A DNA stretch of 64,000 nucleotides, from positions 196,292,001 to 196,356,000 of the forward strand of contig OX597814.1 of NCBI GenBank assembly GCA_951406725.2. Reading direction: 5' to 3'. The translations under genes were made by a program, and so were the position numbers. Shown in pieces: positions 27,780-40,683 of this stretch (the stretch's first letter is position 1; each line of letters begins with the position of its first letter). The notes under the pieces are model-generated. The model did no database searches, was not told where the DNA came from, and saw nothing but the letters and a program-made list of their open reading frames with translations. This DNA is from Octopus vulgaris (lineage: Eukaryota).

Positions 27780-27928
27780 TATATATATTACGGAGATGTA
27801 CTTGCATAGCAAGTGATTTGATCTGAGATCGTGTGCTGAAACGAAAGCAATTGCAGCGTGGAAGGTTTTTGTAAGCCATTTAAGAAACGCACCAAAGCCG
27901 TTCGATTCACTTCAACATTTAAGTTTAA

Positions 27929-27979
27929 TTTGTCAAAATATTTTCGTCGCTTTACGACCGCGACTTGTTCACTGACAAA
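27929..27979 (-). ncRNA. Minimal hammerhead ribozyme with G3:C8 core variant (in element about 27790-27991)
   Basis: TTTGTCA-GTGAACA-A-GTCGC-ggtcgtaaa-GCGAC-GAAA-ATAT-TT-TGACAAA: perfect 7-bp stem I, 5-bp stem II, palindromic stem III. Confidence 0.6.
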
Positions 27980-27988
27980 AATCCATGC

Positions 27989-28044
<56 letters not shown>

Positions 28045-28045
<1 letters not shown>

Positions 28046-28444
28046 TAGTAGTATCGCCCGGCGTTGCTCGGGTTTCTAAGGGAAATAACTATATAAGCAT
28101 TTTTAGAGAGTTATAGCCAAAAAATAGCAAAAAAATGCATTAAAATGGAAAATAAATTATGGTAAATTTTTTAAAAAATCGTTGACTCATCGTAGACATT
28201 TTTAGGGAGTTACTTCCCTTATATAATAGCGAAAAAATGCATTAAAATGGAAAAAAAACGATGGTAAATTTTTTTTTTTAAATCGTAGACTTATCGTACA
28301 CGCGCGCTAATACCCAGAAGGGCTCGATATGAATCACGACTATAAGATACCCGGTTTCGGTTAAACTGCACCGCAATATGTTGGAGTAGTTAGGAATCTA
28401 AATGGTAGGAGACAGACACACAACTTCACTTTTATATATAAAGA
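28045..28444 (-). mobile_element. Non-autonomous Helitron
   Basis: 5' TC, 3' GC hairpin plus CTAG, A|T insertion; homologous to 61857-62153. Confidence 0.85.
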
Positions 28445-28461
28445 TATATATATATATATAT

Positions 28462-28732
28462 AGAATAAACCTTTACATATATAAATAACGTGAAATACAC
28501 GAAGGGACGAACATAAGAGACAGACGGGTCATTCAAAGCCTTCGTTCTTCAGTCAGAAACCGATTCATCATCGCAGATTTCGGCTGTTTAATTCTGAGAT
28601 CTGCTCTGAATCGGCAACCCCAGAAGGAAAGAATGCAACGCAACAGAGACGAACATGAAACGAAAAAAACTTTTTTGAAGACACTAACGGTAAAAAACAA
28701 GGATGACACAGGCGCCCTACGGCTTTGAGACT
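28462..28732. mobile_element. (TA)n-flanked repeat, probably PLE-derived
   Basis: 28485-28562 matches the reverse complement of 48845-48925. Confidence 0.5.
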
Positions 28733-28740
28733 ATATATAT

Positions 28741-28827
<87 letters not shown>

Positions 28828-29433
28828 TGCATGTTTTCTTTTTCGACTCCATATGATTCGAACTGAGGACAAATGATCTAAAGTTTTAATCAAAGTCTAC
28901 ATCTGTTTAAATTGAATGAATATGAACCCCAACACGTTCAACGCAAACATGATTACTCATCACGTTAGAGAGAGAGAAACAGACAACGGTGGCAATGTAA
29001 AAATCCCATGCTCAGCTTTCCATAAACATCTCTGGCAAAACTTCGTTTCATCCCCTTCCTTGATATTTAAGCTTAAAATCGATTTTGTATATTTCATCAG
29101 CGAAAATTTGTATTCATTGACGCACAAAGATATTAATAACCATAAAAATATCAGGTCACGTTTAAAAGCACAGGCCTATTTTAATTTCCATTCGAGATGA
29201 TCGGTGTCATACGCGACAATGAAGACAGCAAATAATTGAAATAGAGCAAAATAATATCCGTTGTGAATTAGGATTGCTCTTCGACAGAAGTAACGGTGAG
29301 AATATATCACACCTGTTGCACGCTACAACACTTCTGGTTATCATGGTAGAAGAGTAAAGCTATGAGGCAGAAAATAACACAAATCCAAATACCATCCGGA
29401 GGTCAGTCTAAAATAAACGATTTTTATGCGTTA

Positions 29434-29496
29434 TAATTATTATTATTATCATTGTTATTACTATTATTATTATTGTTATTATTACTATTATTATTA

Positions 29497-29545
<49 letters not shown>

Positions 29546-29884
29546 TATTATTATTATCTTTGTGTTGATTATTATTACTATTATTACTATCATTATTATT
29601 ATTACCATTATTATTATTATCTTTGTGTTGATTATTATTATTATTATTATTATTACTATTATTATTATTATCATTATTATTATTACTATTATTATTATTA
29701 TCTTTGTGTTGATTATTATCTTTATTATTATTATTATTATTATTATTATCATTATTATCATTATTATTATCATTATTATTATTATTATTGTTATTATTTT
29801 AATTTTTATTATTATTATTATCATTATTATTATTACTATCATTATTATTATTATTTTTGGTTTTGTTTTTGTTATTACTTTAAT

Positions 29885-29937
<53 letters not shown>

Positions 29938-29975
29938 ACTACTATTACTAGTGCTGCTGCTGCTGCCGTTATCAT
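29434..29975. repeat. Long degenerate (ATT)n/(ACT)n array with higher-order repeat
   Basis: Interrupting motif atctttgtgttg occurs three times. Confidence 0.9.
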
Positions 29976-30276
29976 TATCAGAAAATTATGTCGGTCTATT
30001 TTTCATTGTAGGTTCCGATTAATGCACCGAACACAGCACTTCAGGGCAACATATTTTAGAAGGAAAAGTTCCATTACCAGAAACAGCATTGAATAAAATA
30101 CTAAACGATGGTCTTTGTGCACGCGTTTCTTTCTAATCCATAGATTAATGATATTTTTTACTATAATATGAAGTGTACTGGAATTTATTTTGCCTTCGTT
30201 GATTTGGTATGATCTTATGATGCTGTTTCGAATTCTACCTCCTCCCACTTGAGATTGCACGGCACATATTATATTA

Positions 30277-30321
<45 letters not shown>

Positions 30322-30325
<4 letters not shown>

Positions 30326-30583
30326 CAAGAAGGGTAGTAATATTATTTACTACCAGGTGCCCAGCACAAAAGACGAATTAGTCATAAGACAAAAATATTA
30401 TTCATATAGAAAAATATTATTCAAGTAGTTATACAATTAAGGGCTCCTAAATTAAGATGCCGAGTGCTGGGAACACAAAAAGGGGATGAATTTATCGTTT
30501 TTAACGTTTTTGTTTTTCACTCTCGATAAATTCATCCCCTTTTTGTGTTCCCAGCACTCGGCATCTTAATTTAGGAGCCCTTA

Positions 30584-30591
<8 letters not shown>
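30322..30591. mobile_element. Leader plus perfect 68-bp inverted repeat element in (TA)n
   Basis: Arms 30430-30497 and 30524-30591; related arm at about 49556-49612. Confidence 0.7.
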
Positions 30592-30618
<27 letters not shown>

Positions 30619-30737
30619 TTATTCCCACAAGGGGCTAAACATAGAGGGGACAAACAAGGACAGTCAAAGGGATTAAGTCGATTAGATCGACATATATATA
30701 TGTACATATACATATATATACGTATATATACACACAA

Positions 30738-30791
<54 letters not shown>

Positions 30792-30792
<1 letters not shown>

Positions 30793-31235
30793 CAACTAAT
30801 GAGGGTGAGAAAGTTGGATACTAATTTAATAGTACATCTATTTAAACACCAAGTGGCTTAGTGCATATAAAACCCGGATTACGATACCTTTATACATAAA
30901 TATAAGAGAGTAACCACCATGTCGTCTACTCTAGCACTAAAAATAGATCTGCTGGGTTTCGGTCACATAAAAACTGTTTCCAATGAAAGTTAGCACAACT
31001 ACTGGCGCAGACAGGGCAAATAAACATAACAAAAATGTAAATTAGTTCGGGACAATTGTTTTGCTATTAATAAATTAATAAATTATGTAATTTTACTCAC
31101 ATAATATACCTTTATCTGTAGCTCATCGGCCGAACCCGTTCAGAATACAATTTACTCGACCGCACGCTAGACTTTACCATCACGATAAACGCACGTGCGG
31201 TCCAGTCGATTGCTTTTATAGTGGTTACTCTCTTA

Positions 31236-31243
<8 letters not shown>
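30792..31243. mobile_element. Leader plus terminal-IR element with degenerate hammerhead on the minus strand (31045-31135)
   Basis: GTTCGG-CCGATGA-GCTA...TAGC-AAAAC-AATT-GTC-CCGAAC. Leader shared with 38140, 40090 and 55922. Confidence 0.65.
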
Positions 31244-31292
<49 letters not shown>

Positions 31293-31314
31293 GTTCACAT
31301 ACACACACATATGT

Positions 31315-31760
31315 AATCAGATTAGTAATACCAGATGACGGATAAATGTCAGCTCATTACAGCTGTTTCTCACACATATTATGAATAGAAGAACGAGAAC
31401 ATTACTTCATTGTAAAAAACCGTAATCATATGATGAACCACAATTTTAAAAACGAAAGAATATACCAAGAATACTGTAGGTACGTCACTGAAGTCTGTCG
31501 AGGCTTACTATGAAAAAAAATACAAAAAAAGAAAGAAGAGGAAATAGTTTCGACAGACTTCATTTACGTTCCTGCGATATTCTTGGTATATTCTCTTGTT
31601 TTTGAAATTATGTTTCATCTGATGATTATGGTTTTTTACAGTGAAATAATGTTATCAATCTTCTATTTAAAAATGCATAAGAAACAGCTGTAAGGAGCTT
31701 TTATTCATTTGATTATAATACACCATAGGGGTTTACGACATATCGGACACACTGGATTAT
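31315..31760. mobile_element. Long degenerate palindromic element with hammerhead in its right arm (31614-31697, +)
   Basis: Arms about 31345-31510 and 31540-31700; TTCAT-CTGATGA-TTATG...CATAA-GAAAC-AGCT-GTA. Confidence 0.65.
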
Positions 31761-31935
31761 ACCAACAACGTAGAATGAATGTAACGCGTGCTTTGGAAGA
31801 GCCCCTAAGTGGTTGGTTTTCTTCGTGTACACCACTGGAATATTCTATTTGATACCTAGCAACCATAGGTCGGAACCACGGGTTTATCCAACCCTACCTC
31901 GTTCATATCTTTTCAAGTACCCAATTCTATTTGAA

Positions 31936-31997
<62 letters not shown>

Positions 31998-32013
31998 ATT
32001 ATTATTATTATTA

Positions 32014-32053
<40 letters not shown>

Positions 32054-32244
32054 CGTTATCCTTATAATAATAATAATAGTTATTATTTCACATATATATG
32101 TATATATATATACATATTTTATATATACATACATATATATATATATGCATATATATATATATTTATATGTGTGTGTGCGTGTGTGTGCGTGTGTGTGTAT
32201 ATATATATATATAGAGAGAGGAAGATAGATAGACAGACAGATAG

Positions 32245-32388
32245 ATATGTTTCTTTATTAGCCACACAGGGATGAACACAGAGGGGACAAATTACAAAGT
32301 AGAGCTTTTCTTTTTGGGGAGAAAAAAAAAGAAAAAAGGGGGCTAGGTTTTCGATCAAAAGGGTTCGTAAAAAAATACAGACAGACAG

Positions 32389-32398
<10 letters not shown>
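32245..32398 (-). mobile_element. Retroelement 3' end embedded in (GATA)n
   Basis: Reverse complement of about 57095-57222; ends ...ggctaataaagaaacat followed by (ATCT)n. Confidence 0.65.
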
Positions 32399-32419
<21 letters not shown>

Positions 32420-32424
32420 AATAA

Positions 32425-32489
<65 letters not shown>

Positions 32490-32929
32490 GAGCGAAGCGG
32501 AGAGAAGTGAGAAAAAGACACACAGACGTAGATTTCATTAAATGTCTTTGAAAAGTAAACATTTCTTTATTGCTTTCTCATACACGCATATATACATGCA
32601 TATATGCATACATGTACATGCACATGCATTCCTACACATAAATATACATACATAGGCAAACACACTCACATATATATCAGTGCGTGTGTTTGTGTATGAG
32701 GTTGTGTGCGTCTAATAAACTTCAAATTTTCGGCTTATCCACCTTGTAAAAATTTTAAATTTAAATGATTAATAAATAATTTTGTTGTACCTCGTGAGGG
32801 TCCTGGCGCTAATGATAATAAAAATTCAAATATAAAACTTTGTGCAATCCTTCAGTTTAATGTATTTTCACCGTAGACTACAATGAGTTTAAATAGATCT
32901 ACTCTTCGAGCCTCACATGAACCAGCTCG

Positions 32930-33450
32930 AAAAATATATCTACGAAAAATAATTTGGATCGTTTCACGTTTGTCTTTGAATAATACAACTAATATATTTA
33001 AAATATTCCTGTACCTAATAGATTTAACATTACTCCGAGAGCCATAGATATATGAAATTTTTCAAACGATGTTTCATAAAAGTTTGCCGCATGTCCGAAC
33101 CTGATACGAAAATGATTATTTCCCGGAAAACAGTTTAGATTCCTGCTTCTGATTGTAAATTCAGACATTTAAATGCTTGCCCATTAGACAAAGAATGCAT
33201 GGTTTTCTCGTGGTCTACGAAGTCAAAGTCACTTCAGTACGCCAAATTAGGGAACCGAACGAAATATATATGGGACTATGCGAAAATAACTTGAAAAAGA
33301 GATACGTAATGTCTTTTTTGAGATACATATTTTTCAATGACGTAGACAAAAAAGAAAGCCCAAATCTAGGAAACTATACCTGGAACCCGAAGGACATTAG
33401 TTAAAACACACCATTAACTGGGGCATCATAGGGTGATCTAGGTTATTTAT
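32930..33450 (+). pseudogene. Penelope-like element remnant: linker, Cys motif and GIY-YIG endonuclease
   Basis: Frameshifted RKIIW..., TNIFKIFLYLID, HRYMKFF, DCKFRHLNACPLDKEC, VVYEVKV....YMGLCENNLKKRY...LGNYTW. Confidence 0.75.
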
Positions 33451-33699
33451 ATAAATAAATATATACACCCACACATCCTCACTCCAAACCCACAGCCAAC
33501 CCTCGCATACACACACCCCAACACCACCCACTAACACTGACCACTTCCCAGCACCTACACCATCATCCACACACCCACACATTAGAGACGCACACACTTA
33601 CGCACACATCCACACGCCAAGGTCACCAGCCCCTGTCCACACGCACACAGTTACACACACTCACATACACACGTACACGCACCTTCGTTTTGGGACCAC

Positions 33700-34016
<317 letters not shown>

Positions 34017-35002
34017 ATACATACATATATATATACATATATATATACTCATGCATGTGTGTGTGCGCGCGCGTATATATATATGTGTGTATGTGTGTAC
34101 GTGTGTGTGTATTACTCAAAGAAATTCCAATTTAGATTTCACGTTTTATTTACAATCCTATAAAACATGATATAGCATAATGAAATGATAGAATATTAAA
34201 TGTCCATTCTGATTGAACTAGTACTTTCATGCATTAAACTATGCAATCTTCAGGTTCATGTAGTAGTGATGACAGCTGTTTTACAATTTACAACTGATGT
34301 GAGATGGCTACCCTGTTTGCATTAAATACATTGGTATAGGTTCCAGAATGTTAATTTTTGCAAACTGTATTCTGATCAATCAGTGTGTTATTTTACTAAA
34401 TTACTTAATTTGATTGGTGTTTGGTTTAGAGTTCACGGTTTGTTGAACATGTCAAGGCACAGACACAAACACACACACATAGACACACACACATACACAC
34501 ACAGAGTACATTTATATGTAGACTTCAATATCTTCGTCATACACGCGCCTGCAGGTAAAAAGCACTAAGCTTAAATATAAATTCTATAACTAGAAAATCG
34601 TGATTGTAATTCTCTCTCCATTATGGCGGTCTCTTGTTCTATTGTGAAACTGTAAAGACAACACAAAAATATGTTCATTCTTAATTCTTATGTACAGTAC
34701 ACACACAGACGCACGCAGGTCCACACACAAGTATATACGTACAGACACATAAATTCGTATAAGATATCATATACACTCCGATAGAGCCTACAGTGTGGTT
34801 TTGATGGATAACTGCCCAGAATAGATATATATACAAAATGAGCAATAACCAAATAAAATAACATTTTATATACCAAAATCATTCGGGAACAACTAGCTTA
34901 TTTTTCAACGTGTAAATTACCTCCTCTGTGTACACTCATTCTGTAATATGACGCAAGAAGCTCCAAAGCACATCCATTCGTTAATACACATACGCATACA
35001 TC

Positions 35003-35360
35003 TGTTACTGGTTTCAGTCCAAAGACCGCGGTCAGGCTGGAGTAATACCTTTAAGAATTTTAGTCGAATGGTTCGTCCCAAGTAATAAATTTTTGTTGAA
35101 TCATGGTACTTATTTTATTGGTCTCTTTTGTCGAACCGTTAGATAACGGGGACCCACACACACCAACACCGGTTATGAAACTGTATTGAGAGACAAGCAG
35201 AGACACATATGCACTAACGCATATATACATACATAAATACATATACATGCATACATGTATCAAGTCCACTCACAAGGCTTCGTCCAGCTTGAAGCTATAG
35301 TGGAATTGAACTCGGAACCGTGTTATGGGAATTTCTTACCACACAGCCACAAATGCGCTC
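35003..35360 (-). mobile_element. Degenerate SINE family B
   Basis: ttactggtttcagtc...ccactcacaaggctt...ttaccacacagccac. Confidence 0.75.
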
Positions 35361-35398
35361 ACACATATATTTGATATTAAAAATGAACTTAGGTTTAT

Positions 35399-36156
35399 AC
35401 AAGAGTTCATTAAAATAATGGAAACACCCTAAAATTTCAAACAAATATATTTTGATATGTGTTAGAACTGCTTTTGGCAGTAATTACAGCTTGAATTCTA
35501 CGAGGTATGGACTCGTACAAAGCTTGAATTGTTTCTAAAGGAATTTTTGTCCATTCTTCAGGTAAAACAGTCTCCAGTTCTTGTAGTGATGATGGTGGAG
35601 GATATCGCCTCCTTATTTGTTTTTCTAAAATGCACCATAAATGTTCAATAATATTGAGATTTGGGGACTGTGGTGGCCAGATAAGATGTTCAACTTTACT
35701 AGAATGTTCCTCGTGCCATTCAGTAACAACTTTAGCTGTGTGAATTGGTGCATTATCACCCTGAAAGATTGCGTTTCCCTGTGGAAACAGTACCACAAAC
35801 ATAGGATGAAGTTCATCAGATAAAATGCTTGAATAGTCTTGACTATTAATTTTGCCATGAAGGGGAACAATTGTGCCGGCGAATTCCAAGATACAACCCC
35901 CAGATCATCACAGATCCTCCTCCATGTTGAAAAATTGGAAGAAGGTAGTCTGGGTCAAATACTTCTTGTGGCTGTCTCCACACGTATACTCGGCCATTGG
36001 CCGGAAATAAGGTATAGGATGACTCGTCCGAGAAAATAACATTCTTCCACTGCTCTAGGGACCAATTCTGTAGGCTTTTACTCCACACTAAACGCTTTGC
36101 ATCGTTTGTTTATGAAAGTAGTGGATTTCTGATTGCAGCCCTCCCGTGAAATCTGG
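35399..36156 (-). mobile_element. Tc1-like DNA transposon remnant (frameshifted DD34E transposase)
   Basis: WKNVIFSDES, HGGGSVMIWG, FQGDNAPIH, WPPQSPNLNIIEHLW; TIR-like end ...aaaataatggaaacacc next to TA. Confidence 0.92.
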
Positions 36157-36324
36157 CCATCGTGAGATAAGGCATGCCTTGGGACCATCGTGAGATAAGG
36201 CATGCCTTGGGCATTTTAGTTGTGTCCCTCACTCTCCAGATCTGACCACTACCAATTTCTTCCGAAAGGGAGAGAAAGATTCAGAATTAGAGGAAGAGAA
36301 GAATCTACCAAGATAGAAGATTAA

Positions 36325-36692
36325 CAGTTTATTTATCGACCCTTATTGAATGACAGACATGGTTGACTTCGATGGGATTAGAACTCAGATCGCTGACAGT
36401 CGGAATGTTTACTGCAAACCTATTTACAAGTCGTTATAACGACTCTGCCCGTTGCCCGTCTATAAACACCTACCAAAATTAATTTTAAAGTTTGGCTCAA
36501 GGACAGAAGTTAGGGTTAGGGCTAAGCTGATTACGTTGACCTCTTGTGTTCAACTGGTATTTATTTTATCGACCTTGATAGGATGAATGACAAAGACATT
36601 CTCAACCGAATTTGAACTCAGAACGTGAAAACAATCAAAATGCCGCTTGGTATTTTGCCCGGTATGCTAGTGGTTCTGCCAGCTCTCCTCCA
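36325..36692 (-). mobile_element. Two old SINE family A-related copies
   Basis: tttatcgacc...gaatttgaactcagaacg...ttctgccagctc motifs, diverged. Confidence 0.65.
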
Positions 36693-36810
36693 CACAACAC
36701 CTACCTATATTCATTAAAAGTTTAGATAGCCGAACATCATTTCAAGATAAAGAAATCTATAATATCCCTACTTCTTGTAGGTTCCGAAAGACACAGAATA
36801 GTTTTAACGA

Positions 36811-36883
<73 letters not shown>

Positions 36884-37399
36884 TATAATGTTTCTCGAAT
36901 TAACTCATGTCGGACATCTACAAATCGATTTTCTTTCACTTGTTTTGTTCATTTATTCAATACATTGACAAGTTTGTTTGAACAGACAGGAATGTAACTA
37001 AAAGCTTTGCTCCTAGGATTACTGTCTCTTTTCATTCGTCCGTTAACTGGCAGTTTATAGGCGTAAATCTTTCCAGTAATCATGTTTTCATTTAACCAGG
37101 CCTTAGGCATTAAATTTTAACTTTAATTGTACTGATAATTGAACTGACCACAATGGATGGCAAGTAAGTGAAGAGGATAAAACACTAAAACGCCTACGGC
37201 TAGAGTTGAACTTAGAAAAGTGACGCTGTATAATAAGTCAATCATTCAGCTTGACTGACGTGAGTAATAGACATTCCATGATGCGACTGATAGTCGCCAT
37301 ATTCCTCAGTGGAAATTATTATACTACGCACCTATGTAATTTCGATAGTGAATTTAGTAGAATATAAATACATATATGCATACATACATATATACATAT

Positions 37400-37588
37400 G
37401 AGTCGCCATAATAGATCGGTAGCCACTACACACATTTTCTCTCTCCTTGTTTTTTCCTGTATCCCTTTCTGTAGAAGAGCGTAGGCTCGAGACGTAAAAG
37501 ATATTTTCAATTCCTGAGCGTTGTAGTAATACATCGGTTTGTTTTATACACCACCTGTGTTCGTCTTTTGTTTTTTCGCGAACTCTCT
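37400..37588 (+). mobile_element. PLE-type terminal repeat with degenerate minimal hammerhead
   Basis: CTTT-CTGTAGA-A-GAGC-gtag-GCTC-GAGAC-GTA-AAAG. Confidence 0.55.
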
Positions 37589-38014
37589 ACATACATACAT
37601 ACATACATACATACATACATACATACATACATACATACATACATACATACTTACATACATATAGACAGACAGACAAATGGAATCTTTGATCAACTACACT
37701 GTATCAAGATCCAAAATATAAGATCTCTACCCTGAAGACGGGGGACCGTATCATCCAACGTTATTTGCATCCATATAGCCGCATATTGTGATAGAATAAA
37801 TCTACAAACGTTATTATGAATCGCTTGACTTTGGGAAACAGCCGTTGAAATTATAACACCTTTCTTCCAGCCCTTTAATTTTCTCTATCGTTTGTATTCT
37901 GCGTAAGTTGAAACTATTAATATAAATAATAATATATTTGTACTTAAAATTTCATCATCTCAATGTTTCCACCTGTTGATTTCTCTCATTTTGCATGCAT
38001 GCATATATACATAC

Positions 38015-38088
<74 letters not shown>

Positions 38089-38103
38089 ATGTATGTATGT
38101 ATG

Positions 38104-38139
<36 letters not shown>

Positions 38140-38146
<7 letters not shown>

Positions 38147-38533
38147 AGGGTGAAAAAATTGGATATTAATTTAATAACATCAATTTAACACCAAGTGGTT
38201 TAGCGCATAAAAACTGGGATTCAGCAAATATTAATACACAAATATAAGAGGGAATCCACTATATGGACGCTCTGGCGTGCAGTTTAGCAAATTATATTCA
38301 TGACGAATCCTACTGATGAGCTGTGGATTTATTGTGTAAGTAAAATTGCATAATCTATTAACAGTGAAACAATTGTCAAGGGCTAATCTACATTTTTGCT
38401 ATTTTTCATTTGTCCTGCTCGCTTACGTTTATAGTTGTGCTAATTTTCCTTGAGAACTATTCGTGGTGGTTGAGACCATTGCGGATCTATTTGTAGCGCA
38501 AGAGCGTCCACATAGTGGATTATCTCTTATATT

Positions 38534-38540
<7 letters not shown>
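38140..38540. mobile_element. Leader plus terminal-IR element with intact-core hammerhead (38308-38382, +)
   Basis: CTGATGA-GCTGT...ACAGT-GAAAC-AATT-GTC; IR arms about 38235-38277 and 38497-38539; (TA)n on both sides. Confidence 0.7.
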
Positions 38541-38577
<37 letters not shown>

Positions 38578-38639
38578 TACATTGCATTTGATGTATTTAA
38601 AATACTTGGTGTGTCTATATTCTTTAAAAGTTCAGTCGT

Positions 38640-39054
38640 AAATATGCGTTTGTACAATCTTGTACAACAACTCTTTCATAAATTTTAAAATAGCATTCGA
38701 TTGGCTACAGGAAAATTCATCATCTTTATCTCTGACGATTGGATGTATTACCTAATAATGATTATGAAATTTAGATTCCATTTCTAAGTGTATTACGTTC
38801 ACGCAACGATCGTAAGAAATTTTAAATTTTTTAACTTTTTAAATAATCATACTTTATATAGCTATACATCTATCTATTAATATATTATTCTGGACTTATA
38901 TCTTCTGTGGCGAATTTTTTATGTAATTTTCCTGCACTTATTTTATAATATAATATATTAAATGTCAAATAGTTGAATGTTTTATACAATTACCTACCAA
39001 GAGCACTTATCAAAAATTCAATATATTGAATTCTCATTGAATATGTTTGATTAA

Positions 39055-39058
<4 letters not shown>
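38640..39058 (+). mobile_element. Single-arm copy of the 47572-48276 element
   Basis: Colinear with 47885-48276, including ctgacga...caacgatcgtaag. Confidence 0.75.
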
Positions 39059-39117
<59 letters not shown>

Positions 39118-39119
<2 letters not shown>

Positions 39120-39262
39120 TCTGAGTTTCTCGTTGCCGTTCATCAGACAGTTTTGCTAAAACTGTCGATGATATAAAATATTATTATCTGCTTTAAACAA
39201 CTCTACCACTGGTATTTGAGTACTCTTTTTTCCACCTTGTTTCACATTTATGTGTTTACTCG
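39118..39262. mobile_element. Truncated member of the 1761 family retaining the hammerhead core (minus, 39121-39152)
   Basis: CTGT-CTGATGA-ACG-gcaa-CGA-GAAAC-TCAG; tail shared with 1875-1937. Confidence 0.6.
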
Positions 39263-39324
<62 letters not shown>

Positions 39325-39676
39325 GTGTGTGAGTATGCTATATAAATATATAAAATATTATTATTGTTTCAACAATGTGATTTCATGACCTGATGAAGGG
39401 GTCAGTGTGAGAATGCTTTGTAAAATTCTTTATTAACTTTTCTACCAGGACATGAAACGGCGGTAGAACACTGTTCAAACTCTATACTTGGAATTACCAA
39501 TTTTAGATACTATTGGGTTTTACCCAAAAAGTACTGGAATCTTATATGTATACCATTCTACATAAATAGTTGATCTACAAATGCAACATACATGCATATC
39601 TCACATCTATTTTCACTACACTCTCTATTTCATATCTTATCTAAATAAACTATTGCTTAACCATCTTCTAACACCA

Positions 39677-39722
39677 TCTCTGATGAAAGGATATATTAAA
39701 TATCCTGGAAACAGCTGTAAGA
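39677..39722 (+). ncRNA. Minimal type-I hammerhead ribozyme-like motif
   Basis: TCT-CTGATGA-A-AGGATAT-attaa-ATATCCT-G-GAAAC-AGCT-GTA-AGA. Confidence 0.65.
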
Positions 39723-40089
39723 CCTATTTATAAATGTTCTAAAATCTTCACAGCCTTGGTTTTTATCTCATTCTGAAAAAAATCGTATATACACACGCTG
39801 ATATATGACCTTCGTTGGTCTCCTTATTCGCATAATCACCTAACCTGGAGCTTAACTATGGTCTACTCATAGCACTTACTCAGCATTACCTGATACCTTT
39901 GGGTCTTATTGTCCCCATTACCTCTCATAACCTATATTTATATTTCATAAATATTTAGGGAAAATAGTCATGTGTCGATATGTATTAATATATGTGTACT
40001 CATATTAAATCGAATTCATAACCGTATGAGTACGATTGCATAATTTGAGTTTATATCTTAACTCTATATACATACACACACACACACAT

Positions 40090-40310
40090 ATATATAGATT
40101 TAAAATGTCGGTGAAAATTGGGATATTAATTTAATTAACATCAATTTAACACCAGAGGTCTAGCATACTAAAATCTGGTGGTTCAGTAAATTGTATTACA
40201 TACATATGAGAGGGATGACCTCTATGTGGACAACCCTTATGCTAGAAATAGAATCTACTTCTAGCATAAGGGTTGTCCACATAGAGGTCATCCCTCTCGT
40301 ATGCATTTAC
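40090..40310. mobile_element. Collapsed hairpin member of the 30800/38140 family
   Basis: Shared leader, then a near-perfect ~50-bp-arm palindrome at 40203-40303. Confidence 0.7.
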
Positions 40311-40561
40311 TATATATATATGCACATATATATACATATATATATATATATATGCATATTTATATATATATATATATCACACAAGCACGCACACACACAT
40401 GCATACAGTTATACGTGGGGAGAGAGAAGGAGAAAGAGTGACAGAGAGACAGACAATAATTTTACTGCTGTAAAAGCAAATTTACTGCATCACCGGCATT
40501 TTTCGCAGTGCTACCCACACCAAATTAATCGTTACATTAGCGACATTACTCTTGCTTTCAG

Positions 40562-40683
40562 AGCTTCAGCATCATAGCTATTTAAATACTGTAAATCCAT
40601 TTCTACTTCTGCTCAAACCTCAACGTAACTTTAGGCTTCCGCCATTTTGAACGTCTATTTTAATGGGATGGGTTGAATGGGAG
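40562..40683 (+). other. Candidate 122-nt exon
   Basis: ttactcttgctttcag acceptor and consensus GAG|GTAAGT donor; ends with ATG GGA TGG GTT GAA TGG GAG. Confidence 0.25.

Noticed and set aside
29408-30022. Long poly-Ile and poly-Tyr ORFs
   Set aside because: Translations of an (ATT)n microsatellite.
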